Source of the DNA: an uncultured Sphingomonadaceae bacterium
Lineage (GTDB): Bacteria > Pseudomonadota > Alphaproteobacteria > Sphingomonadales > Sphingomonadaceae
Direction of reading: 5' to 3'
NCBI GenBank assembly: GCA_964401045.1
Contig: CAYNXB010000001.1
Span: 2,518-66,517 of the forward strand
DNA length: 64,000 nt
This document shows, one piece after another, positions 29,269-36,854 of this stretch. Numbering within the stretch: the stretch's first letter is position 1; each line of letters opens with the position of its first letter. The notes beneath the pieces are model-generated. The model was not told the DNA's origin. It made no database searches and was given only the letters and a program-made list of their open reading frames with translations. A program made the position numbers and the translations under genes.

Positions 29269-29876
29269 AACTCGTTCATGTCGTCGATGACGAAGAGCCG
29301 ATCCGCCGCGCGACGCAGATGATGCTGAATGTCATGCGCTATGAAGCTCTGACCTACCCTTCGGGATACTCGTTTCTCGATGCCCTTATGGACCTGTCGC
29401 CGGGTTGCGTGCTGCTGGACCTACGCATGCCCGAAATCGATGGCCTCGAGGTCCAGCGTAGGTTGCAGAAGAAAGGCTGCGACTTGCCAGTGGTCTTGAT
29501 GAGCGGACACGGAGATCTGACCGTGGCGGTCACGGGGATGGAGCAAGGAGCCGTGGCGTTCCTGGAAAAGCCTTTCCCGCGAGCCGCGCTCGAGCAGACT
29601 CTGGAAATAGCGTTCCTGCGGCTCGATGATAGCAACGGTTACAACCGATATCTCCAATCGGCCGCCGCCGCGGTCGGGAAGCTCGAGCCGATCGACCGGC
29701 AGGTGCTTGAGCTGATCGCGCGTGGCCAGGATGCAGATGCCATCGCTCAGCGCACCGGCTTGCCCGCGTTGTCGATCGAAATGTCCCGCTCGCGAATATT
29801 CGCGGACCTGGGGGCAACGTCGGTCACGGAAGTGCTGCGGATCGCTTTTGCCGCCGCTCGGGCCCCGACGGGTTAG
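29265..29876 (+). CDS. fixJ: FixJ-family response regulator (REC + LuxR-type HTH)
   Basis: GTG 29265 overlaps the fixL stop (GTGA). It has [29 protein letters not shown] and FLEKPF, with a C-terminal LuxR/GerE HTH. Confidence 0.88.
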   Translation: MKLVHVVDDEEPIRRATQMMLNVMRYEALTYPSGYSFLDALMDLSPGCVLLDLRMPEIDGLEVQRRLQKKGCDLPVVLMSGHGDLTVAVTGMEQGAVAFLEKPFPRAALEQTLEIAFLRLDDSNGYNRYLQSAAAAVGKLEPIDRQVLELIARGQDADAIAQRTGLPALSIEMSRSRIFADLGATSVTEVLRIAFAAARAPTG

Positions 29877-29890
29877 GATGTATACGTAAC
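29873..29890 (+). promoter_or_regulatory. conserved 18-bp box, copy 5 (TTAGGATGTATACGTAAC)
   Basis: Overlaps the fixJ stop codon and ends 56 nt upstream of GTG 29947. Confidence 0.4.
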
Positions 29891-29946
29891 GACGCATCCG
29901 CTGCGTCGGCTATCCCGCAATCTGAACATTCAGGGATGGGCCCAGC

Positions 29947-30345
29947 GTGGTCGTGAGTGAACCGTCCGAGACACAGTCGCGAATTCTTCTGGTCGAGGAC
30001 GACGACGCGGTGCGGCGAAGCATTCAGCTGCTTTTGCACTCGCATGGCTTTGAAGTCCGGGCGTATCCGTCTGCCTTCGACCTCGCGAAAGACCCGGCAG
30101 CGCTCCGCTGCGCCTGTCTTGTCGCTGACCTTGTGATGCCGGACACGGACGCGGTTCAATTGCTCGCCGAGCTCAGGAAAGCCGGCTGGGCCGGCCGGTC
30201 GATCCTGATCAGCGGCTATCTGGGCAGCGAACGGGATGCAGACGTGCGGGCCGCGGGCTTCGACATGGTGCTGGCCAAGCCCATCAGCGATTCTGTCCTG
30301 GTTCGGGCCGTGGCCGAAGTGATCGGCGGTCCAGCGGCCCGCTGA
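29947..30345 (+). CDS. single-domain response regulator
   Basis: GTG 29947; 132 aa with ILLVEDDD, LVADLVMPD, ILISG and LAKP. Confidence 0.8.
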   Translation: MVVSEPSETQSRILLVEDDDAVRRSIQLLLHSHGFEVRAYPSAFDLAKDPAALRCACLVADLVMPDTDAVQLLAELRKAGWAGRSILISGYLGSERDADVRAAGFDMVLAKPISDSVLVRAVAEVIGGPAAR

Positions 30346-30443
30346 AGGCTGTGTTCGATCCGCCCTGTCCCGGTGCCGCCTGTTCCGTGTTCGTCCAGCT
30401 GGTGTTGCCCGGAGAAGGAGCAGCGGCCGCCGGGATGCTCTAC

Positions 30444-30461
30444 TCCGGATATATCCTGAGT
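30444..30461 (+). promoter_or_regulatory. conserved 18-bp box, copy 6 (TCCGGATATATCCTGAGT)
   Basis: Ends 54 nt upstream of ATG 30516. It belongs to the duplicated upstream region shared with copy 12 at 35955. Confidence 0.45.
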
Positions 30462-30515
30462 TACCGGTATTCGAGCCGCATCTAAGTCGAGCCGGGCACC
30501 TGAGGAGGTTCGGCC

Positions 30516-31325
30516 ATGCGGTCCATTCTGCTTCACATCGACGACGACGCCTGTCTCGACGCGCGCATCGCAGTCGCGCTCGATCTCGCGCGGGCCTTCG
30601 ATGGGCACGTCACCTGCGTCCAGGCGATGCCGTTCGTGATCGGCATGCCAGGCGATCTCTATGGCACGATCGCGGCGCAGATGCTGCCCGAGTTTCGCGA
30701 ACTGGCCGACAAGCTGCGTGCGCGGATCGAGGCCCATCTCATCAAGGAGGATGTCAGCTGGAGCTGGGTGCAGGACGATGGACCGGCGATCGAGCGGCTG
30801 CTGCAATACACCGGCCTCAGCGACATTGCCGTGATCGGCTGCTGCGATCCCCTTCGCAAGGGCTACGCACCGCTCACGGGAGACCTCGTCCTCCGCTCGC
30901 GCACGCCGGTCCTGATCGTTCCCCCCAAAGCGGCCGGCTTCGATACCGATAGTCCGGCGGTCGTCGCATGGGACGGCTCGCCTGAGGCCCGCCGGGCACT
31001 GCGTGCCGCGGTGCCGCTGCTCGCCCGCTCGCAGGCAGTCACTCTGGCGACCGTCCGTGAGCCGTCCGAGCGGAAGCACGATCTGCCTCCGACCGATGGC
31101 GCCGAGTATCTTTCACGCCACGGCATCTCCTGTGAGATCGTCGAGTTGCCGGCATCGGAATCGATTGCCCGAGTGCTCACCGACGCCGCGTTGGTGCGCC
31201 GTGCCGGTTACCTCGTGATGGGCGCATACGGCCATGCCCGGCTCCTCGAGACGATCTTTGGAGGGGTCACGCGCGAGTTGCTCGCTCACCCGCCGGTACC
31301 CCTGCCGATTCTGGCTTGTCACTGA
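30516..31325 (+). CDS. universal stress protein (tandem Usp domains)
   Basis: GAGGAGG RBS; 269 aa with two Usp-like halves (ILLHIDDD..., AVVAWDGSPEA..., YLVMGAYGHARLLETIFGGVTRELL). It is a paralog of 36024-36833. Confidence 0.88.
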   Translation: MRSILLHIDDDACLDARIAVALDLARAFDGHVTCVQAMPFVIGMPGDLYGTIAAQMLPEFRELADKLRARIEAHLIKEDVSWSWVQDDGPAIERLLQYTGLSDIAVIGCCDPLRKGYAPLTGDLVLRSRTPVLIVPPKAAGFDTDSPAVVAWDGSPEARRALRAAVPLLARSQAVTLATVREPSERKHDLPPTDGAEYLSRHGISCEIVELPASESIARVLTDAALVRRAGYLVMGAYGHARLLETIFGGVTRELLAHPPVPLPILACH

Positions 31326-31407
31326 GGTTGATCGGGAAGGCAGGCGATGCACGCGCGACCGCGCTCGATCTCCCGCTTGGCGAGCGGCACGCGGTCGACC
31401 GTGGTGC

Positions 31408-32070
31408 TTATTCAGGGCGCCGCTGGCCGACCTTGTACTGCTTCTTCCACGCGTCCTCCGATCCCATGCCGGCGACGAACGCCACGCGCAGGGCATCGGC
31501 GAAGTTGGTCACCTCGAGCTTGGTCATCACGTTCGCCCGATAGACTTCGACAGTGCGCGAGCTGATCCCTAGGTCGTAGGCGATCGTCTTGTTCGGATAC
31601 CCGCAGGCGAGGCCTTCGAGCACCTCGCGCTCGCGCTCGGTCAGCGCACCAATTTGCGTCCTGGCCCATTGCTCGCGCTGACGCTGCGCCGCCTTGTCGG
31701 ACAGCTGCGCATGACCAGTCTCGATCGAATCAAGCACACGTTGGCGATTGAACGGCTTCTCGAGGAAGTCGACCGCACCCCGTTGCATTGCCCTCACGGC
31801 GGTCGAGATGTCACCGTGCCCCGTGACCACGATCACCGGCAGGTTGATCCCCTGCTCGGCCATCGCCGCCTGGACTTCGAGCCCATCCATGCCGGGCATG
31901 CGCACGTCCAGCAACACGCAGGCAGGCCGCGCCCGTTCGACTCCCTTGAGGAACGCGATGCCGTCTTCCCAGCGTTCGACGGCGAAGCCGGCCGAGCGCA
32001 GCATGAAATCGAGCGAGCGCCGCACGGCGTCATCGTCGTCAACCACGTGGACCAGCTTATCCTGCGACAT
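31408..32070 (-). CDS. FixJ-family response regulator (REC + LuxR-type HTH), second copy
   Basis: ATG 32070 follows GGAGG. It has VHVVDDDD, CVLLDVRMPGMDG, VIVVTGHGD and FLEKPF, with the HTH TEREREVLEGLACGYPNKTIAYDLGISSRTVEVYR. The N-terminal extension of track ORF 31408..32601 overlaps the cupin gene region and is rejected. Confidence 0.88.
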   Translation of the reverse strand: MSQDKLVHVVDDDDAVRRSLDFMLRSAGFAVERWEDGIAFLKGVERARPACVLLDVRMPGMDGLEVQAAMAEQGINLPVIVVTGHGDISTAVRAMQRGAVDFLEKPFNRQRVLDSIETGHAQLSDKAAQRQREQWARTQIGALTEREREVLEGLACGYPNKTIAYDLGISSRTVEVYRANVMTKLEVTNFADALRVAFVAGMGSEDAWKKQYKVGQRRPE

Positions 32071-32126
32071 GGTTGCCTCCACCTGCCCTTCGCGCGCCCT
32101 ATCCCTCGCTCGACACCGGCGCATCA

Positions 32127-32144
32127 TCCGTAGATTTGCGAATG
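32127..32144 (+). promoter_or_regulatory. conserved 18-bp box, copy 7 (TCCGTAGATTTGCGAATG)
   Basis: Lies in the divergent region between the second fixJ-like gene and the cupin gene. It ends 85 nt upstream of ATG 32230. Confidence 0.35.
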
Positions 32145-32229
32145 GCGAAGATCGCCGGACGCGGCAAAGCTGGTGGACGTCACATAGCTCGCCCACACCC
32201 GGCGAGCAAACTGCGAAAGGGATAGGCCG

Positions 32230-32625
32230 ATGCGTGGTTTCGTCGGAAATATCGAAGACCTGACCGAGGAGAACGAGGATTTCCGGCGCGTGCTCTACAC
32301 CGGGCACCAGCTCCAGCTGGTGGTCATGGCCATCGGACCGGGCGAAGAGATCGGCGAGGAGGTCCATACCGACCGGGACCAGTTCTTCCGGGTCGAGGAA
32401 GGCAAGGGCGAGGTGTGGATCGACGGCGTGTGCCACGAGGTCGAGGGCGACTACGGCGTGATCGTTCCGCAGGGCGCGCGGCACAACGTGAAGTGCACCG
32501 GCCACAAGCCGCTCCGCCTGTATACGATCTACGGCCCGCCCGAGCATCTCGACGGCACCGTCCACGCCTCCCGCAAGGACGCCGCGGCGGCGCACGAGCA
32601 CTTCGACGGCGTTACGACCGAATAG
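32230..32625 (+). CDS. cupin domain-containing protein
   Basis: 131 aa. The cupin motifs are EEVHTDRDQFFRVEEG (G-x5-H-x-H-type region) and VIVPQGARHNV. Confidence 0.8.
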   Translation: MRGFVGNIEDLTEENEDFRRVLYTGHQLQLVVMAIGPGEEIGEEVHTDRDQFFRVEEGKGEVWIDGVCHEVEGDYGVIVPQGARHNVKCTGHKPLRLYTIYGPPEHLDGTVHASRKDAAAAHEHFDGVTTE

Positions 32626-32727
32626 CCCGTATTCGCGGCAGCGGTTTCCTCAAAAGGAGGATGGGTCGTAGCGGCCCGGAAGCCAGAGTTCGGTCGCAAC
32701 CTCGGACCGGGGGGCCGCGGTCAGCTG

Positions 32728-33159
32728 TCAGTCCACCGGCGGCAGGACGGGGCCGATTGCACCGTCCCATCCGTCGGTCGAGGCGATCCGCGTGACCCGG
32801 AACGGCAGCTGCTCGCCGGTGGGCTCGGTGAGGGTGACGTATTCCCCGGGCCGCAGCGGATGGGCTTCGAGGTGGAACAGGTCCTCGTCGTCATCCTCGC
32901 CGATCGCGTAGGAGAAGGCCCAGGTCGCGCCGGTACGGATCACGTAGCCCTGCTGGTCCGGCTCGTCGGGCCAGAACCGCTTGACCGTGGCCATGGCCGG
33001 ATTGCGGCCGACTTCGTCCGCGTCGATGAGACCGTCGGCGGTGAGCGGCAGCCGCAGGATGAGCGCGCGGCTCGGCGAGCCCTCGGGAAACTCGGCCGTG
33101 CGCGCCAGCTCAAGGCGAATGATCTTCCAGTCGGAATGGCGGTGCCGGTCGTAACTCAT
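32728..33159 (-). CDS. hypothetical protein
   Basis: 143 aa, with codon usage like its neighbours. It is last in a co-directional trio with the two genes upstream. No family was recognised. Confidence 0.55.
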   Translation of the reverse strand: MSYDRHRHSDWKIIRLELARTAEFPEGSPSRALILRLPLTADGLIDADEVGRNPAMATVKRFWPDEPDQQGYVIRTGATWAFSYAIGEDDDEDLFHLEAHPLRPGEYVTLTEPTGEQLPFRVTRIASTDGWDGAIGPVLPPVD

Positions 33160-33226
33160 GAAGAGTCCCTGGCCGAAGGTGAGTACCGCACGACACTGGG
33201 AAATATACGGAAGGGCCCAGCGCGCA

Positions 33227-33799
33227 TCACCTCTGGTCCTTGCGCGCGGCGATGCGTTCCCAGTCGACCTTCACGAAGGCGACAAGCAGCGCGATCATCG
33301 CAACTTGCAGCGCCACGCCCCACGGCGACGACAAGTGTTCGAGCATCACATCTCCGAGAGTGTGATCGCGCAGCGTGCGCGCCGCGCCGGCATAGATCGA
33401 GTAGGAAACCAGGCGTCCGGCGAAGAAGGCCGCCGTGAATCCCAGCAGGCGAACGCCGGTGAGCCCGGCCGCTTCGAACAGTTGCGCAGAGGGGAGGGGC
33501 GACAACGCGAAGATGCCGATTGCCATGACGCCCGCGCGCGGGCGTCGCTCGAACGCCTCGCGGGCCGCAGCGAGGTTGCGACGCAGCTTCGCGGGCACGC
33601 GCCGGCCCAGCAATCGGAACCCGTGAGCCAGCAGCAGCCGTCCAATGGCGGCCCCCAGCGCACTGACAACGATCAGCCCCGGCAAGGAAAGGTCGGTGCT
33701 GAGTCCGAAAGCGGCGATGATCGACCACGTCGGCGGGCCGAATGCGGGCATCAGGTTCACCGCCAGCACCAGCGCGAAGAGGATCAGATAGAGTTCCAA
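33227..33799 (-). CDS. membrane protein (possible DedA/VTT-like), start uncertain
   Basis: Five or six hydrophobic helices (NLMPAFGPPTWSIIAAF..., MAIGIFALSPLPSAQLF...). TTG 33799 was chosen because it is the first start after the upstream stop at 33823. Alternatives are GTG 33769 and ATG 33751. Confidence 0.5.
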   Translation of the reverse strand: MELYLILFALVLAVNLMPAFGPPTWSIIAAFGLSTDLSLPGLIVVSALGAAIGRLLLAHGFRLLGRRVPAKLRRNLAAAREAFERRPRAGVMAIGIFALSPLPSAQLFEAAGLTGVRLLGFTAAFFAGRLVSYSIYAGAARTLRDHTLGDVMLEHLSSPWGVALQVAMIALLVAFVKVDWERIAARKDQR

Positions 33800-33822
33800 G
33801 ACCCGATTCCGGCGTGTGCCGG

Positions 33823-34401
33823 TTACATGCCGGCCATGCCCAGCTCCCTCATTTCCCGCAGCCATGCTCCGCGCTTGATATCGTTCGAATCGACCAGGCC
33901 GATGATTGATTCACCGACCACGCTTATCCCAACGCCGCGCAGGATGTTGCGCTCGAGGCTCTTGAGGCTGTGCGCGCGATAGACCAGCCGGTAGAAGAAC
34001 GCCGGCATGCCCATGGTTACAACGATGCGCGCCGAGCGGCCCTTGAGCAGCTTCCGCGGCAGGCCGTTCTGGCGATAGCTCAGCGCGAAGCCCGGCCGCA
34101 TGACCTGCTCCAGGAAGCCTTTGAGCAGCGCGGGGATGTCACCGAGCCATAGCGGATAGAGGAACACGACATGCTGGGCCCAGGCGATGTCCTCCTGTGC
34201 CCTTGCGATGACCGCGGGAGGCTGACCATCCGCCCAGTCGTGCGCGCTGCGCAGCAGCGGAAAGTCGAGGTCGGCGAGCCTGATCAGCCGCGTTTGATGA
34301 TCGCTCGCGCCGTCGAGATAGGCGGCGGCGAGCGCGTGCACGAACCGCGCGGGATCAGGATCCGGATGCGCATCGATGACCAGGATTCGGTCGGTGGACA
34401 T
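33823..34401 (-). CDS. flavodoxin-like fold NAD(P)H dehydrogenase (quinone) family protein
   Basis: ATG 34401 follows GAGGAGG. 192 aa with ILVIDAHPDP..., VVFLYPLWLGDIPALLKGFLEQV, typical of the Flavodoxin_2 / KefF-MdaB-type family. The 231-codon extension of track ORF 33823..35094 is rejected. Confidence 0.8.
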   Translation of the reverse strand: MSTDRILVIDAHPDPDPARFVHALAAAYLDGASDHQTRLIRLADLDFPLLRSAHDWADGQPPAVIARAQEDIAWAQHVVFLYPLWLGDIPALLKGFLEQVMRPGFALSYRQNGLPRKLLKGRSARIVVTMGMPAFFYRLVYRAHSLKSLERNILRGVGISVVGESIIGLVDSNDIKRGAWLREMRELGMAGM

Positions 34402-34482
34402 GCGAGCCTCCTCAGAAGGGACAGCAGGCGCCTCGGTCTTGCGGGGGAAAGGGACGGCGAGGCGCCTGCCGCGCCGATGTCC

Positions 34483-34543
34483 TCCGGATCCGTCGCTCGC
34501 GGCATCGGGAATGTTACGGAGCGCCTCGGGAACATTACCGATG
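34483..34543 (+). promoter_or_regulatory. array of three phased box copies (8-10): TCCGGATCCGTCGCTCGC, TCGGGAATGTTACGGAGC, TCGGGAACATTACCGATG
   Basis: Copies start at 34483, 34505 and 34526, i.e. 22 and 21 bp apart (two helical turns). The array lies 82-142 bp upstream of the quinone reductase start on the other strand and 68 nt upstream of small ORF 34612. Confidence 0.4.
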
Positions 34544-34611
34544 CCCAACGTCGCAGCGCGGCAGCCATGATCGGACGGAACGCCGCTGCGCGGCACAAGG
34601 GAGATCGAGCC

Positions 34612-34728
34612 ATGTTCGCCGGCGGGTACAGCGATCGGAAGCTTTCCCAAGGCCGGTATCGGGTCACTTTCACCGGCAACCGGCTGACCTCGCGTGAGAT
34701 CCGCCCCGACGCCCACTATCGACCGTGA
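34612..34728 (+). CDS. possible small protein (38 aa)
   Basis: AAGGGAG lies 8 nt upstream of ATG 34612. The product is MFAGGYSDRKLSQGRYRVTFTGNRLTSREIRPDAHYRP. It may be a gene remnant (see findings). Confidence 0.3.
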   Translation: MFAGGYSDRKLSQGRYRVTFTGNRLTSREIRPDAHYRP

Positions 34729-34743
34729 TCGAAGGAGAGTCCC

Positions 34744-34911
34744 ATGGCCAGCATCCCGCCTGACAAGCCGAACCGCGTCGACCCCCAGTCGCCGCCCGAG
34801 CGGCGACAGCCACCAGAACCGGCCATCCCTCCGGCGCTTCCCGAGACAGAACCGGACGCCCCGGATGTCGACGAGCCCGGCCGTTGCCCGGACGAATGCC
34901 CTCCTGAGTGA
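34744..34911 (+). CDS. possible small Pro/Glu-rich protein (55 aa)
   Basis: GAAGGAGAG RBS and GC3-rich codons. The product is MASIPPDKPNRVDPQSPPERRQPPEPAIPPALPETEPDAPDVDEPGRCPDECPPE. It shares the reading frame of ORF 34612, separated by one TGA and five codons. Confidence 0.35.
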   Translation: MASIPPDKPNRVDPQSPPERRQPPEPAIPPALPETEPDAPDVDEPGRCPDECPPE

Positions 34912-34925
34912 AGCGCACGCGGGCC

Positions 34926-34943
34926 TCCGGATAATTCCGCATG
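34926..34943 (+). promoter_or_regulatory. conserved 18-bp box, copy 11 (TCCGGATAATTCCGCATG)
   Basis: Ends 74 nt upstream of the BON gene ATG 35018. Confidence 0.4.
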
Positions 34944-35017
34944 TCTTGCCCACCCGACACCCGGCAATCTCGATCCACCGGCGCCAGTAAAAGGCCGCGA
35001 GAACACAGGAGATACCC

Positions 35018-35668
35018 ATGGACCAGGATAGAGTGCTGCAACGCAAGGTGATCGCCGAGCTCGAGTGGGAGCCCGCGGTCGAGTCCGCCGACATTGGCGT
35101 TTCCGTCGTGGACGGCGTCGTCGCCCTGTCGGGCTACGTGAAGAGCTACGCCGAGAAGCTCGCGGCCGAGCGGGCGGTTCGCCGCGTCGCGGGCGCTAAG
35201 GCGATCGCCGAGGAGCTCAAGGTCCGGTACGACACGGACGCGAAGACTGCGGATCACGAGATCGCCAGGCGCATCCTCGACGTGTTCGGCTGGAACGTGC
35301 TGCTCCCCAAGGACAAGCTCCAGGTCAAGGTCGAGAACGGCTGGGTGACGCTCAGCGGTGAAGTCGAGTGGCAGTACCAGAACCACGAAGCCAAGCGTGT
35401 CGCCGCGCAGATCAACGGCGTCACGGGAGTCTCGAACAACATTACCATCAAGCAGCGCCTGCACCCCAGCGACGTGCGCAAGCAGATCGAAGACGCCTTC
35501 GAACGGCAGGCCGGCCTCGACGCGCGCGGCGTGATCGTGGCGGTCGACGGCCACAAGGTGACGCTGAGCGGCCAGGTGCATGCCTGGTTCGAGCGCCAGG
35601 CCGCCGAACGCGCCGCCTGGGCCGCGCCCGGCGTCACCCAGGTGGTCGACCGGATCGCGGTAAACTGA
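35018..35668 (+). CDS. BON domain-containing protein (three BON repeats, OsmY-like, no signal peptide seen)
   Basis: CAGGAGATACCC RBS; 216 aa. It has three repeats of the pattern ...V.V..G.VTLSG.V....... (VVDGVVALSGYV, VENGWVTLSGEV, VDGHKVTLSGQV). Confidence 0.88.
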   Translation: MDQDRVLQRKVIAELEWEPAVESADIGVSVVDGVVALSGYVKSYAEKLAAERAVRRVAGAKAIAEELKVRYDTDAKTADHEIARRILDVFGWNVLLPKDKLQVKVENGWVTLSGEVEWQYQNHEAKRVAAQINGVTGVSNNITIKQRLHPSDVRKQIEDAFERQAGLDARGVIVAVDGHKVTLSGQVHAWFERQAAERAAWAAPGVTQVVDRIAVN

Positions 35669-35674
35669 CGACCG

Positions 35675-35704
35675 GCGCCCGCCGGCAGCGCAGTCGGCGG
35701 GCGC
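35675..35704 (+). terminator. GC-rich hairpin downstream of BON gene (no U-tract)
   Basis: Perfect 10-bp stem GCGCCCGCCG / CGGCGGGCGC with a 10-nt loop, starting 7 nt after the stop. No T-run follows, so the terminator call is tentative. Confidence 0.4.
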
Positions 35705-35954
35705 GCACAATCGATCGGGCAATTCGCCGGCGCGTCCGGTCCGGCGTGGCGGAGCAGGCCGGCCTGCGCCTGCGCCTCGCACCGCAGCGGCATCGGTGCT
35801 CAGGCCGACGATGATCGTCGCCAATTGCGGCCGCGATGGAGGTTTGCGAAGCGGTCCGCGCTGTCCCGGTAACCTGACGGCGCCTGCTCGTCGCTCCCCC
35901 CTCAGCTGCCTCCCTGAAGATCGATAATCGCGGGGCGCTGCCTCGGCAGGCGCT

Positions 35955-35972
35955 TCCGGATATCTCCGGAGT
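35955..35972 (+). promoter_or_regulatory. conserved 18-bp box, copy 12 (TCCGGATATCTCCGGAGT)
   Basis: Ends 51 nt upstream of ATG 36024. The flanking ...GTTACCGG... is shared with copy 6. Confidence 0.45.
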
Positions 35973-36023
35973 TACCGGCTCTCGGCCGCTGCGTACCACG
36001 TAGCGAACACGAGGAGTTCGGCC

Positions 36024-36833
36024 ATGCGGTCCATTTTGCTTCATATCGACGATGATCCGTGTCTCGAGGCGCGCATTCAGGTCGCGCTTGATCTCGCGCG
36101 GTGCTTCGAAGGGCATGTCACCTGCATCCAGGTGATCCCGTACGTCGTCGGAATGCCGGGCGACTTCTACGGGTCCATGGCCGCCGATCTGGTGCCTGCG
36201 TTCCAGGAGGCGGCCGACGCGCTGAGAGCACGGATCGAAGGCAATCTCGCGAACGAGGACGTCAGTTGGAGCTGGGTGCAGGAAGACGGTCCCGCTGTCG
36301 ATCGGATGCTGAAATTCACCAGTCTGAGCGACATCGCGGTGGTCGGCTGCTGCGATCCACTCCGCAAGGATTATTCGCCGTTGCCCGGTGACCTCGCGAT
36401 CCGTTCGCGCACGCCGGTGCTGGTGGTTCCGCCCAAGTCGAACGGGCTGGACTGCGGCGGCCCCGCTCTGGTGGCCTGGGACGGATCCCCCGAAGCTTGC
36501 CGTGCATTGCGCGCTGCGTTGCCTCTGCTGGCGCGTTCCTCGAGCGTGACGCTCGCCACCGTGCGCGAAAAGGCCGAGCGCCGCTACGATCTGCCGCCGA
36601 CCGACGGGGCCGAATATCTCTCGCGCCACGGCATATCCTGCGAGATGGTCGAGTTTCCGGCCGCCACGTCGATCGCCCATGCGCTCGGCGACGCCGCGAT
36701 GGTTCGCAATGCGTCCTACCTCGTGATGGGGGTCTATGGCCACGCGCGGCTGGTCGAGACAGTCTTCGGTGGGGTCACACGCGAGGTGCTCGCGAACCCG
36801 CCGGTGCCGTTGCCGATTCTGGCTTGCCATTGA
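36024..36833 (+). CDS. universal stress protein (tandem Usp domains), paralog of 30516-31325
   Basis: GAGGAG RBS. It has the same 269-aa length and collinear similarity to the 30516 copy along the whole protein, including the C-terminal PPVPLPILACH. Confidence 0.88.
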   Translation: MRSILLHIDDDPCLEARIQVALDLARCFEGHVTCIQVIPYVVGMPGDFYGSMAADLVPAFQEAADALRARIEGNLANEDVSWSWVQEDGPAVDRMLKFTSLSDIAVVGCCDPLRKDYSPLPGDLAIRSRTPVLVVPPKSNGLDCGGPALVAWDGSPEACRALRAALPLLARSSSVTLATVREKAERRYDLPPTDGAEYLSRHGISCEMVEFPAATSIAHALGDAAMVRNASYLVMGVYGHARLVETVFGGVTREVLANPPVPLPILACH

Positions 36834-36854
36834 TTGCCACGAGGGAGAACAGCC

